A stretch of DNA of 63,305 nucleotides, counting the filler, from Octopus bimaculoides (taxonomy: Eukaryota): NCBI RefSeq assembly GCF_001194135.2. It is 5 parts of 5 records of this genome, joined end to end, with 100 filler letters (N's around TTAATTAATTAA, not from the genome) between each part and the next. Parts side by side here need not be neighbours in the genome. Positions count along the whole stretch, not along the records: positions 24,090 to 46,155 come from NC_068991.1; 4 more parts are not named here. One strand, 5' to 3'. Every line of letters begins with the position of its first letter. The stretch's first letter is position 1. The notes below the pieces were generated by a model that ran no database searches, was not told the DNA's origin, and worked only from the letters and a program-made list of their open reading frames with translations. Below, in pieces: positions 26,724 to 41,052 of the stretch. The position numbers and the translations under genes were made by a program.

Positions 26724-27104
26724 GGAGGCGCAATGGTCCAGGGGTTAGGGCAGCGGACTCGCGGTCATAGGATCGCGGTTTCGATTCCCAGACCGGGTGT
26801 TGTGAGTGTTTATTGAGCGAAAACACCTACAGATCCACGAGGCTCCGGCAGGGGGATGGTGGCGAACCCTGCTGTACTCTTTCACCACAACTTTCTCTCA
26901 CTCTTATTTCCTGTTTCTGTTGTGCCTGTAATTCAAAGAGCCAGCCTTGTCACACTGTGTCACGCTGAATCTCACCGAGAACTAAGTTAAAGGTACACGT
27001 GTCTGTGGAGTGCTCAGCCACTTACACGTTAATTTCACGAACAGGCTGTTCCGTTCATCAAATCAACTGCAACCTTCGACGTCGACGGAGTGCCAACAAC
27101 AACC
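26724..27104 (+). mobile_element. SINE family C, full length (tRNA-derived head, RTE-type tail)
   Basis: ggaggcgcaatggtccaggggttagggcagcggactcgcggtc head, gtttcgattccc B box, 3' gacggagtgcc(aac)n; imperfect flanking repeat aaactaaaacatgt / aaactaaacatatgt consistent with a decayed TSD. Confidence 0.92.
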
Positions 27105-27311
27105 AAAACTAAACATATGTTCCTTCTATAGCTAGACGTCATATCGGGGCTGTTCTAGCTCCAATTTTTAGTTTATGGAAGCACCATAAGTGGACGTACT
27201 TCGTTGACCGAAGACTAACATTTTCTTTAGTTTGAGCACAATCCTGCGACGATACAAAATGGCGACTTCTCTCGTATCATTTCTTTAAGTAATTCCATAA
27301 GGAATTCCATA

Positions 27312-27473
27312 AGCGCAATAGTGGCTGTGTGGTAAGAAACTTGCTTCTCAGCCAAGTGGTTCCAGGTTCAGTCCCACGACGAGGTTCCCTGGGAGAGTGT
27401 CTTCTACTACAGCCTCCGGCCGACCAATGCCTTGTGAGTGAATTTGGTGGACGGCAACTAAAAGAAGCCCGTC

Positions 27474-27530
<57 letters not shown>

Positions 27531-27696
27531 AATGTGTGTGAGTTTCCCTCACCCATCACCACTTGACAACCGGTGTTGGAGTGTTTACGCCCCAGTAATT
27601 TAGCGGTTCGACGAAAAAGAGTGAGCGAATAAGGACCAGGCTTAAAAAAAGGTATGGGGTCGATTCCTTCGACTAAAAACTCAAGGCGGTGACCCA
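27312..27696 (+). mobile_element. SINE family A, near full length, with long internal (TA)n
   Basis: gtggctgtgtggtaagaaacttgc head, ggttcagtccc B box, (TA)n after gaagcccgtcg. Confidence 0.92.
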
Positions 27697-30600
27697 ATAA
27701 GCCCGGAATCTAACGTCTAAAAGAAATATACGGTAAAAAATAGTCGGTCGTGATCAACTTACCGATTTGTGCTACGTTTATAGGGAATATCGATGATTCA
27801 CTGATGAGATCAAGTAAGATCGAAACTGTTTAACGAAACACTAGTCACGTCACACATTTCATTCTATTTCAAATTAAATTAATGTTTAGGCTTCCAGCAT
27901 TAATTTTACTTCCTTTGTAATCAAAAATAGTCGTTAATCTGCTTTTTTAAACAATAGTGCAATATTAATTGAAATACCTGTGTTCATTACATTATGTATG
28001 TAAGTATATAGTTTGGTATGTAAAAAACTTTACCCTTCCATTCACTCTAGTCATATTCTATTATATGTGTGTGTGTGTGTGTCTGTGTATACACAGTACA
28101 TATATATGTGTGTATATNNNNNNNNNNNNNNNNNNNNNNNNNNNNNNNNNNNNNNNNNNNNNNNNNNNNNNNNNNNNNNNNNNNNNNNNNNNNNNNNNNN
28201 NNNNNNNNNNNNNNNNNNNNNNNNNNNNNNNNNNNNNNNNNNNNNNNNNNNNNNNNNNNNNNNNNNNNNNNNNNNNNNNNNNNNNNNNNNNNNNNNNNNN
28301 NNNNNNNNNNNNNNNNNNNNNNNNNNNNNNNNNNNNNNNNNNNNNNNNNNNNNNNNNNNNNNNNNNNNNNNNNNNNNNNNNNNNNNNNNNNNNNNNNNNN
28401 NNNNNNNNNNNNNNNNNNNNNNNNNNNNNNNNNNNNNNNNNNNNNNNNNNNNNNNNNNNNNNNNNNNNNNNNNNNNNNNNNNNNNNNNNNNNNNNNNNNN
28501 NNNNNNNNNNNNNNNNNNNNNNNNNNNNNNNNNNNNNNNNNNNNNNNNNNNNNNNNNNNNNNNNNNNNNNNNNNNNNNNNNNNNNNNNNNNNNNNNNNNN
28601 NNNNNNNNNNNNNNNNNNNNNNNNNNNNNNNNNNNNNNNNNNNNNNNNNNNNNNNNNNNNNNNNNNNNNNNNNNNNNNNNNNNNNNNGAGAGAGCGAGAG
28701 AGAGAGAGCGAGAGAGAGAGAGCGAGAGAGAGAGAGCGAGAGAGAGAGAGAGAGAAATTAGACAGTCTGCAGGATGAAAACATGTATTAAATGATGGATG
28801 AACTAATTAAAGTCTACGGCCATCTAATGCTGGTCCAGTTATTTCCCCTGAATAGCGGTAGTTCATTCAGTAGTTATCGACTTTGGTGTAGAAAGCACGA
28901 TGGCTGTGCAGAAGATTGAGACGTTTCCAAAAACGGGCCAGCCCATGTTTAGCAAGCAACGAACCATTGGAATAAAAAATGTAGGTGTTGTGTACTACAT
29001 TACTCTGAGTGAGTGACTCTTAATGGTTGTCAGGCCATCAGTGCAGGAAAAGGAAAACCCAAATATAAAAATTGCCACACGGTGGCACCCAGTAATTTGG
29101 ACTAGTTCTTTTGCGGCATCTGTCTTCGTTGTTCAGAGAATGGGACTGGTTGAGTGCAAGACCTCTCCTCACTTTAAAAAGCATTATGCAAGGGCATCGC
29201 TTGTCGAAACAGCCCCATCATATTATAACGAGAAAGAGGAAGGTTAAATTTACGGTCTTAAAAAGAGGTGTTTTATCTAATGGTTACCAGCCATTTGGTA
29301 TAAGATATGATGTATCATACATGATCAAATTGCTAGTTGCATTTTGTACGCATAATCAGGATGTGATATACGAGTACGTATCAGCAATGGAGAACTAAAC
29401 CAGAAGCAGACCCTAAAAAGATATCAAGTAATAGCTGATGGGGACAGTGTGAGTTTTTTCTTGAGAAGTTTCTTAAAAATCTATTGAAAGACGTGTATTT
29501 TGTCATCTTATTGCATATCTGATACCTCTTACGTAATCTTTATGCAAACCATATTTGACGTTTAGATCGGTTCGTAAGTTTGTAATTGGCGATTTTCATC
29601 CATTCGTTGAGGTAATTTAGTTTCAATATGATGAGATTTATTTCAGATCGTACAGAACAATGAGAATTTTGAAAGAGTCATCGAAATCCTTTATAACAGT
29701 AGTGTATGAATTTCATCTTAATATCGTTAAGGAAGCCTTGAAATTATATATTATCTTCAATATTTACAATGAAGATAGACACTTTGCGCCACACACTTAC
29801 ATATACCAACGAAATATTTTTAAGTTCTAAGTTATANNNNNNNNNNTATATATATATATATATATATATATAAAAACTTATATATTGTTTTATTAATAAA
29901 TTTATAGCGTGTCACTACCTTCTTTTATTATATTTAGGATTTAGATGCTGTCTTCAATTTCGTTCAGTTTGTTGATAGTGTAAACTTCGAACACATAGTG
30001 GCATGCATTGCATCTTCTGTTAGTTTTGTATATACGTCTGGGCACAAACACATTCTAAAGTAAACACTAATTCCTTCCTGAAGAAACACATTTCAATACA
30101 TCATTTGTATAGATGTTTAGATGTCCTTTCATATGAATATATGTGGGCATTTTGTCTGTGTGTGAGTTTTGTATACGATTCTCTTAGCCGGTATGTATTT
30201 CATTGCCTCTCAACATGTGTCTAAGAAAACATGAATGAGTATATACAACAGAACAATCGTGGGAATTTCACAGTTATTTTGAAAACTAAAAGGATTTTAG
30301 AAATTTATACAAAAATATAACAAGCAAAATTTCTTTGGAAAAGATATTTCTTCTGAAGCGCTTTATACTTGAGATGGAGTAAAGTTCACATAAGTGGTAC
30401 GGGATGGCACCATTATACGAGAGAACATCTTTGAATACTTTATTCCATGTGATACACTTATCACCTGTTCTACCTTGACAGTTATTTCCTATAGTTTATA
30501 TCTTTAAGACAGGATGTTAACTACATTATGTGTGGAATCGAAGATATAATCCGTCTGTACAATTATTTCGCAGCAATACGAGTACAATATAATTCAGCTT

Positions 30601-31005
30601 AGTAATTCTGCAAATTCTACTCTATACTTTTTTGTCATTACAAAGAACTACATACGCTGATGTCACATTCCCGATATAAGAAATAAAGCACTGGACAAGT
30701 GCATTGTGGAGTAACAAAGAAGATAAATTCTGTAATAAATGTGTGTGTGTATGTGTGTGTTCTTATGTAGCTTGTATAATTTATAATCACAATGTCCTAG
30801 TCTCTTGCCTCACGAATAACATGACTATTGTTATATATGGGAGATGATAGATTCCATTTCATTCCGTAGATATTTTAAACGCGTATGTGTATCGGGAGTG
30901 TGTGCATCGTGGGTGTGTATGCATACTGTATAGATACAACTCGGTACAAATGCACACATAATACAATATACAGTACGGTAGAGTTACGTGTGAGGTGCGT
31001 GAATG

Positions 31006-31036
<31 letters not shown>

Positions 31037-31794
31037 GTGTGTGTGCGTGTGTCTGTGTGTACTTATGCATGTAACATACATTTACATCTTCATATACACA
31101 TACACTCTCGTGCATATACACACTGAGATACACATCCTTCTCATCTGTGTATGTTTGTGCTTAACTGGTATACACTTATTTCTCTCTTCCTTCTTGTAAA
31201 TAACAACTTCCATGAAAATTAAGATGTATACAAACATATTTCAACGATGCTCTAAGCCTTTTACATCATATAAACAATAAAAAAAAAAACTACTGGAAAA
31301 ACGTGAATTCAACTGAAGTTCCTTTGCACGCAACCCATAGACAGATACCACTGTGAGTTTACCAATATCTGTGATTCCATATGTATTTCCAGGGTTGATT
31401 TATTTATCCAAATGCATGTAAGAATATTCGCAAAAGAAACAAAGATAAGAAATAAAGTTACTGGTTTACTTTAAATGAAAACAGACTCAAATTGAATATA
31501 TTTTTAAGCAAGTATATAAAAAGAGTTGGCATGAATTTTTTTTTTTTTTTTTTTCAAAATATGTATCTTTTCTGACAATGGTAAAGAGATGTGGGATCAA
31601 AATATATGTTATTAAGATTTCCAGCTTTTTATTTACCTCAGTATTCTATTTTTCACTCTCACATACTTTCTCTTTCGCTCTCTCTCTCTCGCTGCGTTTC
31701 TCATTTTCCATCCCGTTCTCTTTATCTCTGTCAAGCCCCAATCGTATATGTATTTGCGTGTGTACGTATGCATGCATTTATATATGCGTATATG

Positions 31795-31858
<64 letters not shown>

Positions 31859-32022
31859 TGTATGCATATACATACATAAACTTACATGCACGTAGAGATA
31901 TAGGTTTTTATGAATGCATACTTATATATATGCATCCATATATATGTGTATGCGGAATCTATTTAAGTACCTATGTATTTATATGTGTGTGTGTGTGCGC
32001 GTAAGCATATATACACATACCT

Positions 32023-32067
<45 letters not shown>

Positions 32068-32085
32068 TATACATATATATATATG

Positions 32086-32120
<35 letters not shown>

Positions 32121-33792
32121 GTTATATATATATATATATGTATATACATATACACATAGATATATACGTACATATGTGTGTGTGCGCTGTGTGTGTAGGT
32201 GTGTGCATGAGTTTTTATTTTCGAATTCTTGGTGGCGAAAATATTTCATGGACAAGACATAGATATAAACGAGAGTATATAATAATGGCTAAAAGAATAC
32301 CCTTTGAGAAAGGAACGCATGTCGAAAAAGAGATATCAATTTTCTATGTATATGCTTTTAAGATTGTAAGTATATATGTGTATGAGAGGAGGAAACGTGC
32401 GTTTATATATGCATCTGTGTATGTGTGTGCGTGGGTATCTGTGAATAGTCTTTTTTTGCTTTTATTATCTCATATCTCGCCTTCTATTTTACTTCAACTC
32501 ACGTACTTATCTCTTGGTATCTGTATGTATATTATCTTTGCATTATCCTTACATCTATGTACGTAAGTACATGATGTGTGTTTGTATATATATGTATATA
32601 TATATATAAAAATGCATCCATATATATATATATATATATATATATANNNNNNNNNNNNNNNNNNNNNNNNNNNNNNNNNNNNNNNNNNNNNNNNNNNNNN
32701 NNNNNNNNNNNNNNNNNNNNNNNNNNNNNNNNNNNNNNNNNNNNNNNNNNNNNNNNNNNNNNNNNNNNNNNNNNNNNNNNNNNNNNNNNNNNNNNNNNNN
32801 NNNNNNNNNNNNNNNNNNNNNNNNNNNNNNNNNNNNNNNNNNNNNNNNNNNNNNNNNNNNNNNNNNNNNNNNNNNNNNNNNNNNNNNNNNNNNNNNNNNN
32901 NNNNNNNNNNNNNNNNNNNNNNNNNNNNNNNNNNNNNNNNNNNNNNNNNNNNNNNNNNNNNNNNNNNNNNNNNNNNNNNNNNNNNNNNNNNNNNNNNNNN
33001 NNNNNNNNNNNNNNNNNNNNNNNNNNNNNNNNNNNNNNNNNNNNNNNNNNNNNNNNNNNNNNNNNNNNNNNNNNNNNNNNNNNNNNNNNNNNNNNNNNNN
33101 NNNNNNNNNNNNNNNNNNNNNNNNNNNNNNNNNNNNNNNNNNNNNNNNNNNNNNNNNNNNNNNNNNNNNNNNNNNNNNNNNNNNNNNNNNNNNNNNNNNN
33201 NNNNNNNNNNNNNNNNNNNNNNNNNNNNNNNNNNNNNNNNNNNNNNNNNNNNNNNNNNNNNNNNNNNNNNNNNNNNNNNNNNNNNNNNNNNNNNNNNNNN
33301 NNNNNNNNNNNNNNNNNNNNNNNNNNNNNNNNNNNNNNNNNNNNNNNNNNNNNNNNNNNNNNNNNNNNNNNNNNNNNNNNNNNNNNNNNNNNNNNNNNNN
33401 NNNNNNNNNNNNNNNNNNNNNNNNNNNNNNNNNATCTCTCTCTCTCTCTCTGATTCTCTCTCTCTCTCTCTCTTCCTCTATCATTTCGACATTTCCATTC
33501 CGTCTTCTCTTGTAACTTTCTCATTTACATATATTTTACTTTCTCCCAACATTCCTCTCTTTCTCCCTCCCTATCTCTCTTACTCTCATTGTGTTATTGT
33601 ACAATTTCTTTTTATCTTACGACAGTTACCGCTTACACAAGTGCTAAATCGCAATGGCTGAAAACGTTACTAAACGTAAATGTTTAAAAATCCATCTACA
33701 GCGCGGGTGAATGCATGCATACCTTGATACACAACCTCCACAATTATGTGTACGTATGTGTATGTGTATATGCTTGTATCGATATGTATGTA

Positions 33793-33837
<45 letters not shown>

Positions 33838-34103
33838 GCACACACTCACAAAAATGAAAAGAAAATTAAGATTTACGATTGGCACATTTTAATTTATTAA
33901 CATAATATTATATTATTATTATTATTATTATTATATAATACAGTATAACATAATATAAATATAAATATTATAACCCTACAAGTGTTTCAATTCAAACTTA
34001 ATAATATATACATGTATTAAAATTCATGTTTATGGGTAAGAATCTCATCAAGGAAATATTTGACAAAAATTATACATGAGGATTTATAGATCCTAGAAAC
34101 AGA

Positions 34104-34322
34104 CTGAGGGGTTGCTGAAAATCTCCTGGCTTTAAGGATTTCGCGAAAGGCCTAGTTGGAGGCCCGACCTTCTGAATTCTTTCACAGTGCTTAGAAAACC
34201 TGAAGGGCCATTGCAATATGTGTTCGTATCTGAGATGTTAATATGTTGAGTAAAATCATAATTAACTGATCCTCCTGTATTTCCTTTTACCCATAGCCAG
34301 GATTTTTTTTGCACCCCTCGTA
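34104..34322 (+). mobile_element. Mariner-derived MITE
   Basis: TIRs gaggggttgctgaaaatctcctggc and gccaggattttttttgcacccctcg-TA; decayed transposase end (CLENLKGHCNMCSYLRC*YVE*); homologous to 39566-39782. Confidence 0.85.
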
Positions 34323-34325
34323 TAC

Positions 34326-34398
34326 AGGCGCAGGCTTGCTGTATGGGAAGAACCTTGCTTCCAACCACATGAATTCGGGTTGAGTTCCACAGCGTAGG
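34326..34398 (+). mobile_element. SINE family A head fragment
   Basis: gcaggcttgctgtatgggaagaaccttgcttccaaccacatg…gggttgagttccac. Confidence 0.7.
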
Positions 34399-35749
34399 AT
34401 GTTTGTGCCGAGTGAATCTCTTTTTCTCTTTTGAAATGATTGTTGTTTACACTTATATCAGAAAGGAAGACCAGAACGGTTTTAGCTGTGCCGCAGTAGA
34501 GTAGTTGTTTTAAATGATAACTTTCTCTGTGGGACGTATTTAGTAATACTCTCTATGACTCTTTCGAGAAAGAAACATAGAAAATGATTTAATCTAATTA
34601 TTCTAAACCCTGTGAATAAACATTTTGGTAAATTTTTGCAGAAACTTTTACCACCTAATCATAATTTTCATAACCAAAAACGTTAGCCTTTCTTTTCCGA
34701 CAACCTACAATTTCCCCTAAGCTTTAGCTAATTCTAATCTCTTCAAATTAGAAATGAAGCTTAACAACCAACATAAAATTTTAATTGTATTAAAAATTAA
34801 AAATTAGTGCGCCTTCCCTTCATGGAAATTGTCAGGCAATGAACAAGCTTATATTTTCGCTGTTATTTTCATGTATTTTATATTTGTCAACTTTCGCCAT
34901 TTTTATAAATCGTTTCGAACCTTGTTTTATATACCATTTGGTACTTTGTAATATCTGAGAGATTGTCGTAAGAAAATTTGAATTACATAATTCCTCTAAT
35001 CCCATTGACACCTGGTATTTTGATAAAGATTATTTATTATTTTAATAAAGCTTTTTGCTCACATAACACTGTTTATATGGTATCTTTCTATATTTTGTGT
35101 CCTACTATTACATAATTATATTTATTTTCTTTCGTATAACATTATCTTCTTTTTATTTTAAGAATATTTGATTTCTTACATTTTAGATTGATATTTATAA
35201 ACTATTGGTATTTTCTGCCTATTGTCTTTACCCTTTAACATCCGTTTAATGGAGACTGTTTTTGTAAGATTTTATTTTTTGTAGTTTGTTATAAAATGAG
35301 ACACATATTAATCGGATTTGCTCAAAGTTACTTCTAACACACACACACATACACACCCGTACAAATCTAACTTATATCTGTGTTTGTAAATGAGTATGTA
35401 TGAATGATGTACATGTGTGTATGCATATATGTATATATATATTCATGTATGTGTATGTGTATCTGTGTATGTATGCATGTATGTATGCATGTTTTAGCAA
35501 CCAAATTTTGAAGTTCTATAAAGTTATATAATTATACTGTTTCTTTTCTTCTTTATACAAGTATTTTTGACGTTGTTCTTCTCTTCCGTAAGAATTATGT
35601 AGGAAGACAAAACCGTTACTTCGTAAAATGACGTCTGCCTAAAATACTAATTTTTTTTATTATATAAATATTTCCATTTCATGCTTATTGGTTCCGATAC
35701 ATCACATAATATATTCCCTCTATGATTTTAACTTTAATCTTTTCTTTTG

Positions 35750-35960
35750 TCGTTTACTTATCCCAGGCATTAGATTATGGGATTGGTGAGCCACCGGCTT
35801 GAAGAACGTTTTTGTCGAACGGGTCGACTACAGTGCCGTTTTCCCATAAATCCTGGTACTTATGTCGGATTCTTTTGCTGAACTGGTAAGTTACAAGGTC
35901 GTAAACACAACGCGCTGGTCGTTATGCGATGATGGGGATTAACTCAGACACAAACACACA
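35750..35960 (-). mobile_element. SINE family A, 3' half, old
   Basis: tcttttgctgaactggtaagttac…gtaaacac…gcgatgatgggg matches the reverse complement of the family A 3' half. Confidence 0.65.
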
Positions 35961-36680
35961 CACATACATACATATATATAATTTAACCGTTTCTTTCTTT
36001 CAGAAATTCCCGGAATATTGAGGGGAGGGGAGAAATTCATCCTTACACCTGGTAATGGCCCGTAATCTTACAAACCAGTGAGTCGTAAAAAATTATATAT
36101 ATATATATATATAATTTTGTATGTATGTGTGGGTGTGTTTGTATACATACAGATACACATATATCATATTTTATGAAATCATGTGATGAACTATATTATG
36201 ATATATTCCTTGAATACTGTTTCGAAAAATATTCGGTTGACAGGTAACTAGCATGACCGTAATGTTACACAATGTAAGATCACCAAAGTTGGTGGCCTTG
36301 AATTGTGAGGCCATTTTGGTGTAGTTGTTAGCAGAGGCATTTGTTTGACTGTAGACGCAGCTTCCGAATACCGCACATGATGTTATCAAGTTTCCCATTT
36401 CGTTCATCGTCCATGAGTCAATAACGTAATTATGAAACAGAGTCAGCGAGCACTAATGCCTGTAACTTTTGAATTAAGTATACAATCCATCTGATGAACT
36501 TCTGTACAGGTTCCATCTAGTTACCTTCGCCCCCCTAAGATAGGCTATAGGAGAGACGTCAAGTATTTTGGCTGCAAAATGAACGTCTTAACCATTTGAC
36601 TATTCTGTACCTGCATACGCACACAAGCACACACACACACACGCACAAACACACTCAGATGTATATGTACATATATACAC

Positions 36681-36711
<31 letters not shown>

Positions 36712-37734
36712 NNNNNNNNNNNNNNNNNNNNNNNNNNNNNNNNNNNNNNNNNNNNNNNNNNNNNNNNNNNNNNNNNNNNNNNNNNNNNNNNNNNNNNNNN
36801 NNNNNNNNNNNNNNNNNNNNNNNNNNNNNNNNNNNNNNNNNNNNNNNNNNNNNNNNNNNNNNNNNNNNNNNNNNNNNNNNNNNNNNNNNNNNNNNNNNNN
36901 NNNNNNNNNNNNNNNNNNNNNNNNNNNNNNNNNNNNNNNNNNNNNNNNNNNNNNNNNNNNNNNNNNNNNNNNNNNNNNNNNNNNNNNNNNNNNNNNNNNN
37001 NNNNNNNNNNNNNNNNNNNNNTATATATATATACAGGTGTACATATACACATGTATAAGTATATATATATATATACACATACACATACATATATATATTT
37101 ATTTATATATATGTGTGTGTGTATGCAGGAGTGTGTATTGATTTGAATATATGTCATATAAATATGCATGTATATATTTATATGGCGTATTTTCAAATGA
37201 ACACTCACACACATACATTATATATACATCTTAATACACAGAACAAACATACATGTACAAACACAAACATATTTATGCTTCATGTTTTATATACAGTATT
37301 GCATAATTTATGTTTTGGCTATTTTTTCCCGCCATAAAATTCATGGAATTTAAGGAAATCTTAGCATCATATGAAACTCGCCCAGAGGAGTAGTGTTTAA
37401 ATGTACATGCAGGTGTTTTTATCACGATCATCATATGTGCGGAGTTTTACACACACAAAAAAAAATAGAAAAAAGACAAGATGCATTAAATTTTCTCGTG
37501 ATTAAATGTGTATAAATTGTATATACACGCTGTTCTACACCCCATACATAACAGTATGTCTGTGTGACTTAGTGTATTGGCGTATTTGCTTATTAAGAAT
37601 TCCATGCGAATTCGTGTACATATATTTGCAACAAACGTCATCTATTGTATCTTTTTTGCCTTTCATTTCCTTTCAATTCCCCTTCCGTGTATTTTCTTCG
37701 TGTGTGTGTATAAGCATGCACATGTCAGTATATG

Positions 37735-37799
<65 letters not shown>

Positions 37800-39565
37800 T
37801 ACATATGTGATATGTTTATAATATATATACACACGGAGATGTTATATATATATTTATATATGTATTATTATATGTATGTATTTAGACACATCTATTTATA
37901 AACACACACACTTACACACATAATATATACACGTGAAAGGGTCCAAATATGTTGTTCTTCTTCTCAAGCACGTACACGAAAAACATTTTTTAATACATTT
38001 ATGATGACATATATCAATGCATATGAATTTGTGTACCTATTAACATGCCTACTTCCACGTATATCTGTTTATATATTTACATACATATGCATATATATGT
38101 GTTTGCATGTGCGCACGATCATGTATGTTCATGTGCATGTACGTGTGCATGCATATACATATATCTACTTATATATATATATATNNNNNNNNNNNNNNNN
38201 NNNNNNNNNNNNNNNNNNNNNNNNNNNNNNNNNNNNNNNNNNNNNNNNNNNNNNNNNNNNNNNNNNNNNNNNNNNNNNNNNNNNNNNNNNNNNNNNNNNN
38301 NNNNNNNNNNNNNNNNNNNNNNNNNNNNNNNNNNNNNNNNNNNNNNNNNNNNNNNNNNNNNNNNNNNNNNNNNNNNNNNNNNNNNNNNNNNNNNNNNNNN
38401 NNNNNNNNNNNNNNNNNNNNNNNNNNNNNNNNNNNNNNNNNNNNNNNNNNNNNNNNNNNNNNNNNNNNNNNNNNNNNNNNNNNNNNNNNNNNNNNNNNNN
38501 NNNNNNNNNGTATGTAATGAAGAGCGCACCATGATGTGCATGTGTGTATGCGTGCTTCATCTGTATAAAACTTATTACATTTGCCTAGGCATTAACGTAA
38601 GCAGCTGTTAATGGAAATCGGTTATGTTTTAATATGCATATCATTGCCATATAGTCTTATATCACAAAATTTTTTTTCGCATCTTTTTTCTTCTATTTCG
38701 TTTTTCATTTTCCATTTCTTTACGTCCACCTATTACAGATGCTGAGTTTTTTTTTTCCTCCATTTTTCTCTTTTTTTTTTTCTTTTTTGGCATCAACCCG
38801 AAACAATCAGCTAAAACATCGATCATATGACTAACAACAAACATTAGGCATTCGGTGTTTACATGTAGCCTATCTTATAGGGATTCTGTCAACATTTAAT
38901 CATATTACAATAAATGTTTCCTTCCTACTCTCATGAAGAATGATGTCACAACGATAATTTATTCCATGCAATATAATTTGCTCAATAGATATGCTCTTCT
39001 TATTGAAAGGTGACGAACTTTATAAACATANNNNNNNNNNNNNNNNNNNNNNNNNNNNNNNNNNNNNNNNNNNNNNNNNNNNNNNNNNNNNNNNNNNNNN
39101 NNNNNNNNNNNNNNNNNNNNNNNNNNNNNNNNNNNNNNNNNNNNNNNNNNNNNNNNNNNNNNNNNNNNNNNNNNNNNNNNNNNNNNNNNNNNNNNNNNNN
39201 NNNNNNNNNNNNNNNNNNNNNNNNNNNNNNNNNNNNNNNNNNNNNNNNNNNNNNNNNNNNNNNNNNNNNNNNNNNNNNNNNNNNNNNNNNNNNNNNNNNN
39301 NNNNNNNNNNNNNNNNNNNNNNNNNNNNNNNNNNNNNNNNNNNNNNNNNNNNNNNNNNNNNNNNNNNNNNNNNNACTCATATATACATATATACACACAG
39401 AAGATGTATTTGAGAGATAGGAGGAAGGGGGAGTCTGTGCATAAAACATAGATGTCGTTTTTTTTACCTTGGTTTTTAGCAGAACAACAATGCCAACTCT
39501 GAATTTAATATACATGTATATGTTTATTACTGTGTATTCGCGTAGGAAAAGACTCTGGACCTACA

Positions 39566-39782
39566 TATGTAGAGGTGCTGAAAAGCTCTTAGCTTTGGGT
39601 AAAATAAAATACAGGAGGATCAGTTAATTATGATTTCATTCAACATATTCTCCTCTCAGATTCACACACTTATTGTAACGTCTTTCAGTTTTTCTAAGCC
39701 ATGTAAAAGAAATTGGACGTTTGGACTCCAACCAGGTCTTTCGCGATATCTTAGGGCTGGAACTTTTCAGCACCTCCTCGTA
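39566..39782 (-). mobile_element. Mariner-derived MITE (inverted relative to 34104-34322)
   Basis: TIRs agaggtgctgaaaagctc and ggaacttttcagcacctcctcg-TA; minus strand encodes LRKTERRYNKCVNLRGEYVE*, a typical mariner transposase C-terminus. Confidence 0.88.
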
Positions 39783-40195
39783 CGTGTATATATATGCATA
39801 TATATTTTCATACACACGCATCTAGAAACGCTGTGCCTGCAAGAATATTGTTTGTCTACTCTTCTTGTCAAAACTGGTGTATATTTAACCTATCACACTG
39901 ATATTGTATTTTGAATTATCTGCATGTTAAATACATGTGTATGTGCATTATCAACCACGTGTGCCTCGCCTTGGAAACGTCTCCCTTCTCTAACGCTCCC
40001 TGGAGTGTCACTATAGTCATTCTTTATCTGTCTGTGTGCCTTATCTCTTAACAGAGAAGCAATAATGTTCGCTTTTTAGCAAAACAAACCAGGGTCCTTG
40101 GCTTCGTTCAATTAGCTGGCCTACGGAAGACGCAGTACCCAAAATATAACTCTTGTTGTTTTGTGGCGTGATCTGATTGGCTCAAGTCTGGGAAT

Positions 40196-40314
40196 ATATT
40201 CTTTTCTACTCCAGGCAAAAGGTCCGAAATTTTTTGGTGGGGTGGGGGAAGTCGATTAGATCGACCCCAGTACGCAACTGATACTTAATTTATCGACACC
40301 GAAAGGATGAAAGC
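40196..40314 (-). mobile_element. SINE family B, 3' half
   Basis: ttcttttctactccaggcaaaagg tail and gtcgattagatcgaccccagtacgcaactg…gaaaggatgaaag. Confidence 0.88.
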
Positions 40315-40820
40315 GCAAACAATCACTGGACATTGACCGGAATGTCAGAGAGGCCTGCCTTTTGTCAGTTTATAGCGCCTCCCTTTTCGGCATCTGATAC
40401 TAAAGAGGAGATAACCACTCCGAAATCCATCAGTCTTGGGACGAGGAAGGGGTCTTCGAACTAACTTGATCTCTTTACATCCATTTGTCTACAGCACGGA
40501 AAATTTTCTCTATGTCAGAATACTGGGAATAGATTTCTCATTGATTCAAATATGCTTCAAGCCTATTTGAGCTGGTAACAAGATCATGCTTATACCAAAC
40601 AACTGCTGAACGTCTCAAATCAGTGAACTTAAATTATATTTTGAATTACTACTTGCTTAAAGATCGGTATACATTGCCCACTCAAAAAAAAAAAAAAACT
40701 AGGGTTCATGCATAAGAACGGAGTAACTTGTCTTCCAAATGTATAACAGACTTACTTAAGAATATCGATTAAAGAATATTTAAGAGATAATCAATTTTGC
40801 AATAAGTTATTAATTATCAA

Positions 40821-41040
40821 AATAATCTTTTCTACTATAGGCACCACGCCTGGAATTTGAGGGGAGGTGGATAGTCGATCACATCGACCCCAGTACTTGT
40901 CTGGTACTTAGTTTATTGACCCCGAAAGGATGAAAGGCAAAGTCAACCTAACCGGAATGTGAACTCAGAACATGGCGACGGGCGAAATACCGCTAAGCAT
41001 TTCCTCCAGCGTGCTAACCACTCTGCCAGCTAGCTACCTT
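40821..41040 (-). mobile_element. SINE family B, full length
   Basis: Tail, central domain, gtgaactcagaac B box and ctgccagctagc head. Confidence 0.9.
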
Positions 41041-41052
41041 TTTAGTCATGAA

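Noticed and set aside
26724-26800. tRNA gene (also at 47790-47866 and 50379-50455)
   Set aside because: A and B boxes are present, but the sequence runs on into an identical 300-bp SINE body at several loci and lacks a proper acceptor stem; these are SINE heads
28870-28995. Minus-strand peptide LLNMGWPVFG…PKSITT resembling the iGluR M2/pore region
   Set aside because: Bounded by stops with no usable donor; no M3 (SYTANL-like) sequence nearby; resemblance likely chance
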